A stretch of DNA of 64,000 nucleotides from an uncultured archaeon (GTDB lineage: Archaea; Asgardarchaeota; Thorarchaeia; Thorarchaeales; Thorarchaeaceae). The DNA lies in contig CAZLEV010000005.1 of assembly GCA_964558645.1 (NCBI GenBank), forward strand, positions 32,001-96,000, given 5' to 3'. The translations under genes were made by a program, and so were the position numbers. The first letter of the stretch is position 1. Each line of letters begins with the position of its first letter. Shown in pieces: positions 30,698-39,547 of this stretch. The notes under the pieces are model-generated. The model was not told where the DNA came from, searched no databases, and worked only from the letters and a program-made list of their open reading frames with translations.

Positions 30698-30720
30698 AGA
30701 CCCCGACCTCTGCGGGGTCC
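30698..30720. terminator. Hairpin between convergent genes
   Basis: GACCCCG..CGGGGTC inverted repeat. Confidence 0.5.
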
Positions 30721-30729
30721 CGGAATTAT

Positions 30730-31551
30730 CTACTCGCCGGTGAACTTGCCGCGACGCTTCTCAAACACGGCTGAAATGCCTTCGGCCAGGTCTTTCGTCT
30801 TGAAGCATTCTACTGCAGCCTCAACCTCGAACTCGAGATTGTCATCATAGTCGTCCTCAAAGGCCATATGAGTGGCCTTCTTAGCATATTTCAGTGCAAT
30901 AGGTGCATTACCGCCTAGCTTGGCACCATACCACATGGCTTGGCTCATCAGCTCTTCAGGTGATGTGACCTTGCTCACAAGATTGAGCTCCAGTGCTTCT
31001 TGGGCCGTTATCTGACCGCCCGTCAGGATGAGTTCCATAGCCTTACCAAGACCGATGATTCGTGGCAAACGCACACAACCACCCCATGCGGGGATAAGAC
31101 CGAGGCTCACCTCAGGAGTACCAATCTTTGCCTCTTCGTCGGCTATTCTGATATCACATGCGAGGGCAATCTCTGTACCGCCTCCCAGACATAGACCATG
31201 GATTGCAGCAATAACCGGCTTGCTGAGGGTCGCAATCTTATCGATTGCCTTCTGTCCCTGTGCAACCAGATCCTTGACTTCGTCGGGCTTCCCGAGGAGA
31301 CCTTGCGCCATCTTAAGGTCTGCACCTGTACAGTACACTTTGTCGTGTGCAGAAGCAAGAACCACAGAACGAATCTCGGGATCCTTTTCGGCTTCATCGA
31401 GGGCTGCTACTAGGTCCTCAATGAATTGGTCATTGATTGCGTTCAACGCGTCAACACGATTGAACTTGATTACAGCGGTGTTCTTGGCAGGCGAAAGAAA
31501 AGAACCTGCCTTCTCGTATAGCATTGTCTCAAACTCTGGTATTGTAACCAC
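30730..31551 (-). CDS. Enoyl-CoA hydratase/isomerase
   Basis: CTGADL, LGGGTE, PEV, PAWGG. Confidence 0.93.
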   Translation of the reverse strand: MVTIPEFETMLYEKAGSFLSPAKNTAVIKFNRVDALNAINDQFIEDLVAALDEAEKDPEIRSVVLASAHDKVYCTGADLKMAQGLLGKPDEVKDLVAQGQKAIDKIATLSKPVIAAIHGLCLGGGTEIALACDIRIADEEAKIGTPEVSLGLIPAWGGCVRLPRIIGLGKAMELILTGGQITAQEALELNLVSKVTSPEELMSQAMWYGAKLGGNAPIALKYAKKATHMAFEDDYDDNLEFEVEAAVECFKTKDLAEGISAVFEKRRGKFTGE

Positions 31552-31605
31552 CTTCCTGGAAACTGTATTATTGCATTTGAAACCGCCACTTATAAAGAGT
31601 TCACA

Positions 31606-31638
31606 GAAAAAGGGGGACGGTAGGGCGAAGCCCTACCT
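31606..31638 (-). terminator. Hairpin plus T-tract after the HAD gene
   Basis: Minus strand GGTAGGGC TTC GCCCTACC then gtcccccttttt. Confidence 0.55.
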
Positions 31639-31646
31639 ATAGAGGA

Positions 31647-32771
31647 TCACTGCAACATCTTGGGAACGCTGTAGCACTCGCCGTGCTTTTCCTCGAGTTC
31701 CGCAATCTTTTTCTTCACAGTGTCCAGCCCATATTCTTCAGCCATCTCAAAGGGCCCTTTGGGGAAGCTAGCGCCAAGTTTCATGGCCTTGTCGATGTCC
31801 TCCTTGGCGGCAATGCCCTCGTCAACGAGAATCATCGCCTCGCGGATGACAGGAATAGTGATTCTGTCCACCAACCAGTCAGGGTCCACACCTTTTGGTT
31901 CAGGGGGTTCAGTCTGTGTTCCACCATATTCGTAGAAACCCTTCTTTGACTTGGTACCGATGTGCCCATTGTCAACAAGCTCCTTCAGAGTATCAGGTGG
32001 TTTGAAGCAGTCACCAAGCTCCCGATATAGAGTGCTCATGGCATGATAGGCAATATCAAGCCCCACGAAGTCACCCAAGGTGAATGGACCAGCCGGAAAC
32101 TTCGCCTTTGTGGTCATTGCGGAGTCAATCTCCTCTTTGGTTGCCACCCCGTCCTCATACAGGAGTATTGCCTCTCTAAGAACGGGCATGAGAATGCGAT
32201 TCACTATGAAACCCGGGCTGTCCTTGGCCTTCACAGGAATCTTTCCCTGCTTTTTGCCCACAGCCATGGCGGTTTCGATTGTTTCATCACTGGTCTTCTC
32301 ACCAATCACCACTTCAATCAGCTTCATGGCCGCGACTGGAGAGAAGTAGTGCATACCAATGAACTTCTCTGGTCGCTTTGTTGCGCTAGCCAGCTCATCG
32401 ATACTAAGTGAAGAGGTATTGGTAGCAAGTATGGTCTTTTCGGGAGCCTTCTCATCAACCTCAGCAAAGACCTTCTTCTTGACCTCCATATTCTCAAAGA
32501 TGGCCTCAATCACGAGATCTGCATCTTTGACTGCTTCTTCTGTGTCAGTCGTCGCATGGAGCTTGCTCATCAAGCTCTCAGCCTCCGGAAGGCTAATCTT
32601 GCCCTTTTCAATGCCCGTCATGACATCAGAGCGAATCCGCTCCATGCCCTTGTCCAGTATGTCCTGTTTAATGTCTACCAGTGTGACATCGTAGCCCTGC
32701 CACGCCGAGACATAAGCAATTCCTGAACCCATGAGGCCGGAACCTATGACGGCAATGCGTTTTACATCCAC
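31647..32771 (-). CDS. 3-hydroxyacyl-CoA dehydrogenase with duplicated C-domain
   Basis: GSGLMG, EAIFE, NTSS, HYFSP, PGFIVNR, GPF twice; GGAGGT SD before GTG 32771. Confidence 0.95.
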   Translation of the reverse strand: MDVKRIAVIGSGLMGSGIAYVSAWQGYDVTLVDIKQDILDKGMERIRSDVMTGIEKGKISLPEAESLMSKLHATTDTEEAVKDADLVIEAIFENMEVKKKVFAEVDEKAPEKTILATNTSSLSIDELASATKRPEKFIGMHYFSPVAAMKLIEVVIGEKTSDETIETAMAVGKKQGKIPVKAKDSPGFIVNRILMPVLREAILLYEDGVATKEEIDSAMTTKAKFPAGPFTLGDFVGLDIAYHAMSTLYRELGDCFKPPDTLKELVDNGHIGTKSKKGFYEYGGTQTEPPEPKGVDPDWLVDRITIPVIREAMILVDEGIAAKEDIDKAMKLGASFPKGPFEMAEEYGLDTVKKKIAELEEKHGECYSVPKMLQ

Positions 32772-32783
32772 GCTCAGCACCTC

Positions 32784-33143
32784 CTAGAAAGCGCCGGTCA
32801 TGGCTTCAAGGATGAGATTTGCCAAAGGATTGCTTTCATGAGCATTGCCGATAACAACAAGACTGCCATCCTTCATGGTATCTCTGAACGGGGTTTCTCC
32901 TGTGAAGATTCCCAAGATAGTCTCCGCACTGGCCTTATAGACCACGTCAGGGCTTGGATACACACCATCATGGAGGGTCATCCCATCTTTCGTGATGACT
33001 ATGTACTGATCGCCCTCGTTCGTGTGAAGCTGCAGTACCTTACCATCGTATGGCCCTACCCATTCTGCCAGGGTTTCCTTGAGATTTGGCTTGTCGCGGA
33101 CTTGTGCCATCAGGAATTGGAAGAATTCTTGTAATTGTGTCAC
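32784..33143 (-). CDS. SCP2 sterol/lipid-carrier domain protein
   Basis: PDVVYKAS..ILGIFTGE...MKDGSLVVIG SCP2 pattern; beta-oxidation operon. Confidence 0.75.
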   Translation of the reverse strand: MTQLQEFFQFLMAQVRDKPNLKETLAEWVGPYDGKVLQLHTNEGDQYIVITKDGMTLHDGVYPSPDVVYKASAETILGIFTGETPFRDTMKDGSLVVIGNAHESNPLANLILEAMTGAF

Positions 33144-33148
33144 TTTTC

Positions 33149-33421
33149 TCAGTCCTCCTTTTGCATCCAGTCTTCAATTGCCTCGTGGACTGCAGCATCT
33201 ACTGAACTTGCCCACATGTTTCCCATCCGTTCCTTGATCTTTTCAAGAAATGCGTCATACTTGTCGCCTTCCATGAGCAGAACAATCCGGCCCTTTCGGT
33301 CGTTAAGAAAGGCCTGGTGAGCCATCTTCTTTGTTGTCCAATACTCGTGCTCAATGTCACCTTCCTTAAGTCTTGGGTAGAATGGCCATTCTCCAGTGGG
33401 ATGATCTCTGTACTTCGCCAT
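33149..33421 (-). CDS. Small protein with C-terminal RHH-like segment
   Basis: TAATG coupling; AAVHEAIEDW. Confidence 0.65.
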   Translation of the reverse strand: MAKYRDHPTGEWPFYPRLKEGDIEHEYWTTKKMAHQAFLNDRKGRIVLLMEGDKYDAFLEKIKERMGNMWASSVDAAVHEAIEDWMQKED

Positions 33422-33678
33422 TATTCCTTCCTCCATTTTTCAACAAGGTCGCCTGTAGCTTCCATGAAGCCGGGTCTGAAAGGCCACTGCACAACGTAGC
33501 GCATGCCCTTCACGCCATCAACCTCACCCTTGGACCATCTGCCCGTATAGACACGAGATCCTGTGTTGTTACAGAACATATTCATTACGACTTCAATGAA
33601 GCCCTCCGGCGTCAGATTTGCCTCATCAGCTAGCTCTACCATCTTCGCCTCTGTTTCTTTGTCAAAGTCAACCTCCAT
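33421..33678 (-). CDS. Small protein with N-terminal RHH-like segment
   Basis: GGAGGA SD; beta-helix-helix pattern MEVDF-KETEAKMVELADEA-NLTPEGFIE. Confidence 0.65.
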   Translation of the reverse strand: MEVDFDKETEAKMVELADEANLTPEGFIEVVMNMFCNNTGSRVYTGRWSKGEVDGVKGMRYVVQWPFRPGFMEATGDLVEKWRKE

Positions 33679-33680
33679 GC

Positions 33681-34448
33681 TCATTCCTCCTTCCTGAATG
33701 CCATCCGCTTGTATGGATAGCCCCAACGCTCCTGGTACATCAGGCCCTCCAATGGGGGTCTGCTCGGACCAAGCTGCCGTGCCTGTATAGGCACTCCAAC
33801 ACAGAAGGCTGTCAGGGGCGTCCAGATAGGTGGAAGCCCAAGACGATCTCGTAGCAGCTCAGCATGCCTTGGATCTGAACATACAAGCGCCTCATATCCA
33901 CAGCCATAGCCAAGCTCTGTGGCAACCAGCCACATGTTCTGAACAGCCATTCCTGCAACGACCGATCCAAAGAGCTCGTTGGGATAGAGATAGCCAGCAT
34001 CATGCCACGACTCGCTAGCACATACCACAATGCATGTGTCGCTTTTTTCCGGATAGCGGAAGAGCTCGCCATCTCTGAGACGAGCATACACTGCAGCACG
34101 ATAGGGGTCAGTGATGAACCAGTTGCGGCCGCTTGTGAGCTCAAAGGGAGCTCCGCCAAAGGCCGTCTGTGCCATCTCTTGTGCGATGTCGGCCAAGAAT
34201 TCCTTTGTTTCTTGGTCGTCGCGAATCACGACGAACCTGATCATCAACATATTCTCCGGACTTGGCGCATGCCGCGCAGCATCGAGAATCATCTCAATGT
34301 GTTCGTCCGGGATTTTCTCACCTGTGAACTCTCGGATAGAACGCCTACTTCGGACAAGCCTGACCGAATCAAGCTCCTGAACGGTCTGCGTGTCATCAAT
34401 GGGTTCTCCTGAAGAGTCCGTCTTTTTCTCTGTGGTTCCTCCAGACAT
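33681..34448 (-). CDS. Nitroreductase family protein
   Basis: RRSIREF, APSPEN, AVQNMWL.A..LGYG. Confidence 0.92.
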   Translation of the reverse strand: MSGGTTEKKTDSSGEPIDDTQTVQELDSVRLVRSRRSIREFTGEKIPDEHIEMILDAARHAPSPENMLMIRFVVIRDDQETKEFLADIAQEMAQTAFGGAPFELTSGRNWFITDPYRAAVYARLRDGELFRYPEKSDTCIVVCASESWHDAGYLYPNELFGSVVAGMAVQNMWLVATELGYGCGYEALVCSDPRHAELLRDRLGLPPIWTPLTAFCVGVPIQARQLGPSRPPLEGLMYQERWGYPYKRMAFRKEE

Positions 34449-34790
34449 ATGATAAGACCACCTTAGTGTATCTAGTCGAATAACTCCTCGTTCTACGAGG
34501 GCACATAAATGTATATCGAGAAGAGGTTAGTGAGGGGGAAACGCAGTTGAAGCTCGCGGTAAGAAGAAGAAAAGGTATCGAAGCATGAAAGCTCCCCCAG
34601 ATCTCCGAGAATAACAGAGACCCAGATGTAGGTATTGCTGAGAATATAGGCAGAGTATTGGTTCAACTACACAAGCTGAAATATGGAGCGAGAATGTCGA
34701 TTTTTCGGGGCGCACTGGACTCCCGGCCCCGTGCGCTCTGCTTATTTTGAAAGAACAGGACCATCCGGTCCAGTCTTGATACAGTGGGGA

Positions 34791-35855
34791 CTAGACACCG
34801 AAGCATTTGAAGTCAATTGCATTACCCACTATCCGCTGAACAACAGCAATCTTTTCCTTATCCGCAGGATGAACAGAGCCTATGAGACCATCCACAATCT
34901 GGCCTGTGGAATAGGTATCCTTGTCTGTCATCATCACCGGTATACCAAGCTCACGGGCTCGAGCCACGGTAGAGAAATCAGGCCCAAGTCCACCAGTCAG
35001 AATGAGAAGATTCGTATCAGTTTCCAAAGCTGCCTGACATAGGTCAGCACGATCTCCACTGGTTATGACAGCCTTGTCCTTTGCCCGTCGGAACCATTTC
35101 AATGCGTTCTCAGGAATCATGCTTCCCACCACAAACTCGGGAATCAGAACGTCCAGCTTTTCTTCACCTAGAATCATCTGCCCATCAAGGGCGCGAAGAA
35201 TATCCCGAATTGAAGGGCTAAACAGCTCCTTCTGGTGATATATTACGCCGCAGAAATGAACACCACTATCTTCAAGGAACTTGCTGATCTTCTCAGTTAC
35301 AGTATTCTTGAGCATGGGCGGAACCATGTTGAGAATGACGCCAATCTCTTCTACACCATGCTGTTTGAAGAAGTCCCGTTGCAAGAGCACATCATCGATT
35401 GCACTGATATCAGGAAAGTGGACAAGGCAGACAACTGAGGCATCTAGATTATTGGCAATCTGCGGAGTTGAGAGTCCAACGTGAAGAAGATCCCACGGGG
35501 CAGCCGTCCCCTCTATAAGGACATAGTCAGCACTCTTAGAAACCTTCTCGTAGCACCCCAAGATTCGCTCCAGTAGTTCGTCATGTCCCACTCGTAGCAG
35601 CTCGTCGTAACTGGACAGGCTACGTACAATCGGGCAGATACAATGCAGGTCTTCATCCATTTCGAGGACTTCTTTCATGAGTGCTGCATCCTCGTCAACA
35701 GCATGCTCGGTATCACTCAGAGTATAGCTCTTCTCACCAGCGGGCTTGAAATATGACACTTTCTTACCCTGGTCAGTCAGTTTCTTAGCAACAGCCAACG
35801 CAACAAGGGTCTTCCCGCTAAGGGTCTCTCCGCTGATCACTATGCTCTTTGCCAT
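34791..35855 (-). CDS. Phosphotransacetylase-family protein (BioD-like P-loop plus DRTGG)
   Basis: SGKT, YFKP, IEG, ITSGDRAD, LTGG. Confidence 0.9.
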   Translation of the reverse strand: MAKSIVISGETLSGKTLVALAVAKKLTDQGKKVSYFKPAGEKSYTLSDTEHAVDEDAALMKEVLEMDEDLHCICPIVRSLSSYDELLRVGHDELLERILGCYEKVSKSADYVLIEGTAAPWDLLHVGLSTPQIANNLDASVVCLVHFPDISAIDDVLLQRDFFKQHGVEEIGVILNMVPPMLKNTVTEKISKFLEDSGVHFCGVIYHQKELFSPSIRDILRALDGQMILGEEKLDVLIPEFVVGSMIPENALKWFRRAKDKAVITSGDRADLCQAALETDTNLLILTGGLGPDFSTVARARELGIPVMMTDKDTYSTGQIVDGLIGSVHPADKEKIAVVQRIVGNAIDFKCFGV

Positions 35856-35856
35856 T

Positions 35857-37983
35857 TCATTCGCCCCCGATTGTTATCTTCACGTCAACCGCACAGATTC
35901 CCTCTCCTTGTTCGTAACCAAAGAGAGGGTTGATGTCTAGTTCGACAATCTCTTCGAAATCGGTCACCAGCTGACTGATCCTCAGTATCGTGTCATGGAG
36001 AGCCTTGAGATCACTAGGAGGCTCTCCTCGAACGCCCTTCAGAAGAGTCCCAATCTTGGTCTCGTCCACTAGCTCCTCAGCATCGGTACGAGTCATAGGA
36101 GCAAGTCGGAATGCCACGTCTTTCAGATAGTTTACGAAGATTCCACCTGCTCCAAACATGATGAGCGGGCCAAACTGAATGTCGCGAGAGCATCCAACGA
36201 TGAGTTCCTTTCCCTGCTCAGCCATCTCCTGCACATCTACTCCATAGATGATCGCCTTTGGTCGTTGTGACTTGGCGTTGTTGAAGATCTGGCGGAAGGC
36301 ATCCTCAACCTCCTGGGGAGTCTTAAGCCCTATTCGAATCCCGCCTATGTCACTCTTGTGTACAATATCTGGGCTTGCAATCTTCATGACGACAGGGAAA
36401 CCAAGCTCCTCTGCGATCCCCTTTGCTTCTTCCGGGCTGGTAGCCAGACGCATCTTTGCAACAGAGATGCCGTATGCCTCAGCAATGGCATGAGCCTCGC
36501 TTCCAAGTAGAACACGCCGTCCATCTTCGCGGACTTTCTCAATGATTGCCTTCACAGCCTCTGTGTCGGCCTTGAAATGGGGAATTGCCTCGTCCTTCAG
36601 ACTGTCACGCCTTACTGTGTAGTGGTACAATTCAGCAAGAGCATTGACAGCCCTCTTCGGGAAGTCGAAATCGGGAATCTTCCCCTCGGTCAGTACTATT
36701 CGCGGGTACACCATGCTGTTCCCGCCCATGAATACTGCAAGCAACGGCTTTTCAGGATACTTCTGGTTGGCTTCCACCAGTGCTTGAGCGGTCTCAGTCA
36801 CCTGAGTCATTGCCTGAGGGGTCAGTAGAACAATGACTGAATCAACGTTCTCATCTCTGAGCGCTGCCTCTACACAGAGCTTGTAGTCTTCTGCACTTGC
36901 AGTCCCGAGAGCGTCGATAGGATTGTACACCGCAGCTGCAGGAGGGAGATTCTCTTTGAGATGCTTGATTGTGACTTGCGAGAGCTGTGCGACCTCTAAC
37001 CCGCTGGCCTCGCACGCATCAGTAGTCAATATGCCCGGGCCACCTGCATTGGTCACGATAGCAACCCTATTTCCTGCTGGAAGAGACATCTCATCGTAGA
37101 CGTTGGCTACATCGAAGAGCTCGGACATGCTGTCTGCTCGGCTGACTCCCACTTGCTTAAATGCAGTTTCATAGGCTGTATCACTGCCGGCCAGAGAACC
37201 GGTGTGGGACGAGGCGGCTCGTGCCCCGGCCTCACTAACCCCAGATTTCACCACAAAGATTGGCTTCTTGGGAACCACTTTCTTACAGACTTCCATGAAC
37301 TTCCTACCATCAACAACCGATTCAATGTAGAGAAGAATGAAGCTTGAATTGGGGTCTCGTCCAAAAGCCTCTATGAAGTCAGCTTCGTCAAGATGGGCCT
37401 TATTCCCCAAGCTGACAAACTTCGAGAACCCAATCTTCTCCATAAGGCTCCAGTCGAGAATTCCTGTCATAAGAGCTCCGGACTGTGAGGCAAACGCAAT
37501 GGTTCCCTTCAGAGGGGTACCTGCTGAGAACGAGGCATTGTAGGGTCGATGCATATTCATAAACCCAAGACAATTTGGACCTTGAATGACCATGCCATAT
37601 TTCTCAGCCAGCTCCACTAGCTTCTTCTCTGCCTCTTGCCCCTCGTGCCCAACCTCCTTGAACCCAGCTGAGATTATGACTAGGGCCTTTACTCCCTTCC
37701 TTCCGCACTCCTCGACAACAGTCAAGACAAACTTGGCGGGAATGACTATTACAGCCACGTCTACGTCGCTGGAGATATCACTTACCTTGCGATGTACTTG
37801 GTGATTAAGAATCTCTCCGCCCTTTGGGTTAATGAGATACAACCTGCCGTCAAACCCGCTGTCAATTATGTTTCGGACGACATCGTTACCCAGCTTTCCC
37901 CTCGTTGAAGATGCACCAATCACTGCGATCGACCGGGGATTGAATAAAACATCAATTCCTTCTTGCCTGTTCACGTCCGACAC
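35857..37983 (-). CDS. acdAB: Acetate/acyl-CoA ligase (ADP-forming), fused alpha-beta
   Basis: GPNCLG, SQSGA, SHTGSLAG, NAGGPG, HKSDIGG, ELDINPL. Confidence 0.95.
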   Translation of the reverse strand: MSDVNRQEGIDVLFNPRSIAVIGASSTRGKLGNDVVRNIIDSGFDGRLYLINPKGGEILNHQVHRKVSDISSDVDVAVIVIPAKFVLTVVEECGRKGVKALVIISAGFKEVGHEGQEAEKKLVELAEKYGMVIQGPNCLGFMNMHRPYNASFSAGTPLKGTIAFASQSGALMTGILDWSLMEKIGFSKFVSLGNKAHLDEADFIEAFGRDPNSSFILLYIESVVDGRKFMEVCKKVVPKKPIFVVKSGVSEAGARAASSHTGSLAGSDTAYETAFKQVGVSRADSMSELFDVANVYDEMSLPAGNRVAIVTNAGGPGILTTDACEASGLEVAQLSQVTIKHLKENLPPAAAVYNPIDALGTASAEDYKLCVEAALRDENVDSVIVLLTPQAMTQVTETAQALVEANQKYPEKPLLAVFMGGNSMVYPRIVLTEGKIPDFDFPKRAVNALAELYHYTVRRDSLKDEAIPHFKADTEAVKAIIEKVREDGRRVLLGSEAHAIAEAYGISVAKMRLATSPEEAKGIAEELGFPVVMKIASPDIVHKSDIGGIRIGLKTPQEVEDAFRQIFNNAKSQRPKAIIYGVDVQEMAEQGKELIVGCSRDIQFGPLIMFGAGGIFVNYLKDVAFRLAPMTRTDAEELVDETKIGTLLKGVRGEPPSDLKALHDTILRISQLVTDFEEIVELDINPLFGYEQGEGICAVDVKITIGGE

Positions 37984-38269
37984 AACCTATTGAACGATAC
38001 CACACACGAAGTGCCAATGAATAGCAGATATAACTTCTCTCCTGACGGCCATGTCACTTAACCAAATAGAATGAATGAAGAGGAGACTCTTTTCCTCAAA
38101 CTTCAATCGTGCCACCTGTGTGGTTTTGCTCTCACCAAGACCAAGTATTAACCCGGTATTACTAGCATCCATATTGGAGTATGACAGTCATAAGACCGAG
38201 ATGAGTACCGGGGTGACCCCTCAATGATGCTTCCTTGTGAAGGACACCCCGAACGTAAGGTGAGAGAAC

Positions 38270-38410
38270 ATGAAGCTAGTGACATTGCACGTACCTGAGA
38301 CGTACATTGACGGTCTAGAGAAACTTGTTGACAGCAACCTCTACCCCAACAGGTCGGAGGCCATCAGGATAGCGATCAGAGATCTGCTCAAGAGAGAACT
38401 CTGGGGCTAG
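38270..38410 (+). CDS. 46-aa ribbon-helix-helix (CopG/MetJ) regulator, CdrS-like; not in ORF track
   Basis: MKLVTLHVPETYIDGLEKLVDSNLYPNRSEAIRIAIRDLLKRELWG; AGGTGA SD. Confidence 0.9.
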   Translation: MKLVTLHVPETYIDGLEKLVDSNLYPNRSEAIRIAIRDLLKRELWG

Positions 38411-38549
38411 GCGTCAACCGGGGCCAATCAAAGTTCACGGGATGCTGAGCTAGGAAATATTAATAGTGTATCTTAGCTCATAGTATATCTGGTGGGGTTC
38501 TGAAATTTCAATTGAGAACCCATGCCAGAATGCTATCGAGTTCCTAGCT

Positions 38550-39527
38550 ATGAACGCGACCACCCCCCTGCTCGTCCAGTCAGAAAATGGTCTGATGCGC
38601 CTGGTCAGGGGATGTCCCTGTTACATGGAATTCGGAAGAGAGAAGGTCTGCATCAATGACGACACCATAAGCCCTATCCGATCGATAGAAGTAGACCCTT
38701 CACTCATAATCAACTCATATTCGCTGAGAGATATCTTGGGCGGCAATGGAGAACCTAGAGAAACCTGCTATCTTCTAATTCATCTCGAAGACAGTGACGA
38801 TACGGTGTACTGTGTCAGTCAGTCACGCATGATAACAATAAACAAGACTCCAGTCAAGGCCACAGACATAGAGCAAGGTCTCGAGTTCCTAGCAAGAACT
38901 GAACCAACCGATGACGGAGTACTGTGCTCTACATGCCTCTACAAGTATCTGAAGACCACGAGCAGCAATTTCAACAACATCGTTTCTGATGAGGAAAAGA
39001 CTGAGGCCCTGTGCAGATATGTCAAGAGATTCTCGACCATGATGGCCTCTGGAGGAACTAACATCAATTATTTTCCCGACAACCCCGGCACGAATGCAGT
39101 CGAACAACGCATCAAAGAACTCAGAATCGAGAAACAAAAGATCTCATCTAAAGCATTGGGCACCGAGAAGGAAGGCCAAGTTCTTGCTGTATTGAACAGT
39201 GTTGTTCGTCTGGAGTCCGTCTTCTACTACCACGTTCTGGATGTCTGGGAAACCAGAGATCCTGCCGATATGGTAGAGGGCCTTCATGTTCTCAACAGCA
39301 TAACAGAGAGTCTGATGTCCACCGCGGACGAGGCCTGCAGAACAATATCAGATTCAATCAGCGATGAGAACCTTAACCTTGGTGATGTATTCCACCTTCT
39401 CTCTCGGAAGCAGGAAGAGGCAAAGAGAAACACCCGACAACTAAGGGGATTGAGCAGCATGCTTTCGGGAGCTGGCTTTTCAGACACAGGCAAAAGTCCT
39501 AATACGCTGGATGCAAGAAGGTCATAG
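38550..39527 (+). CDS. Hypothetical Cys-motif protein (paralog A)
   Basis: RLVRGCPCY..FG.EK.C.NDD, VYC.SQ, CxxCLYK. Confidence 0.8.
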   Translation: MNATTPLLVQSENGLMRLVRGCPCYMEFGREKVCINDDTISPIRSIEVDPSLIINSYSLRDILGGNGEPRETCYLLIHLEDSDDTVYCVSQSRMITINKTPVKATDIEQGLEFLARTEPTDDGVLCSTCLYKYLKTTSSNFNNIVSDEEKTEALCRYVKRFSTMMASGGTNINYFPDNPGTNAVEQRIKELRIEKQKISSKALGTEKEGQVLAVLNSVVRLESVFYYHVLDVWETRDPADMVEGLHVLNSITESLMSTADEACRTISDSISDENLNLGDVFHLLSRKQEEAKRNTRQLRGLSSMLSGAGFSDTGKSPNTLDARRS

Positions 39528-39547
39528 GCACAGAGGAGGTCAGAGCG

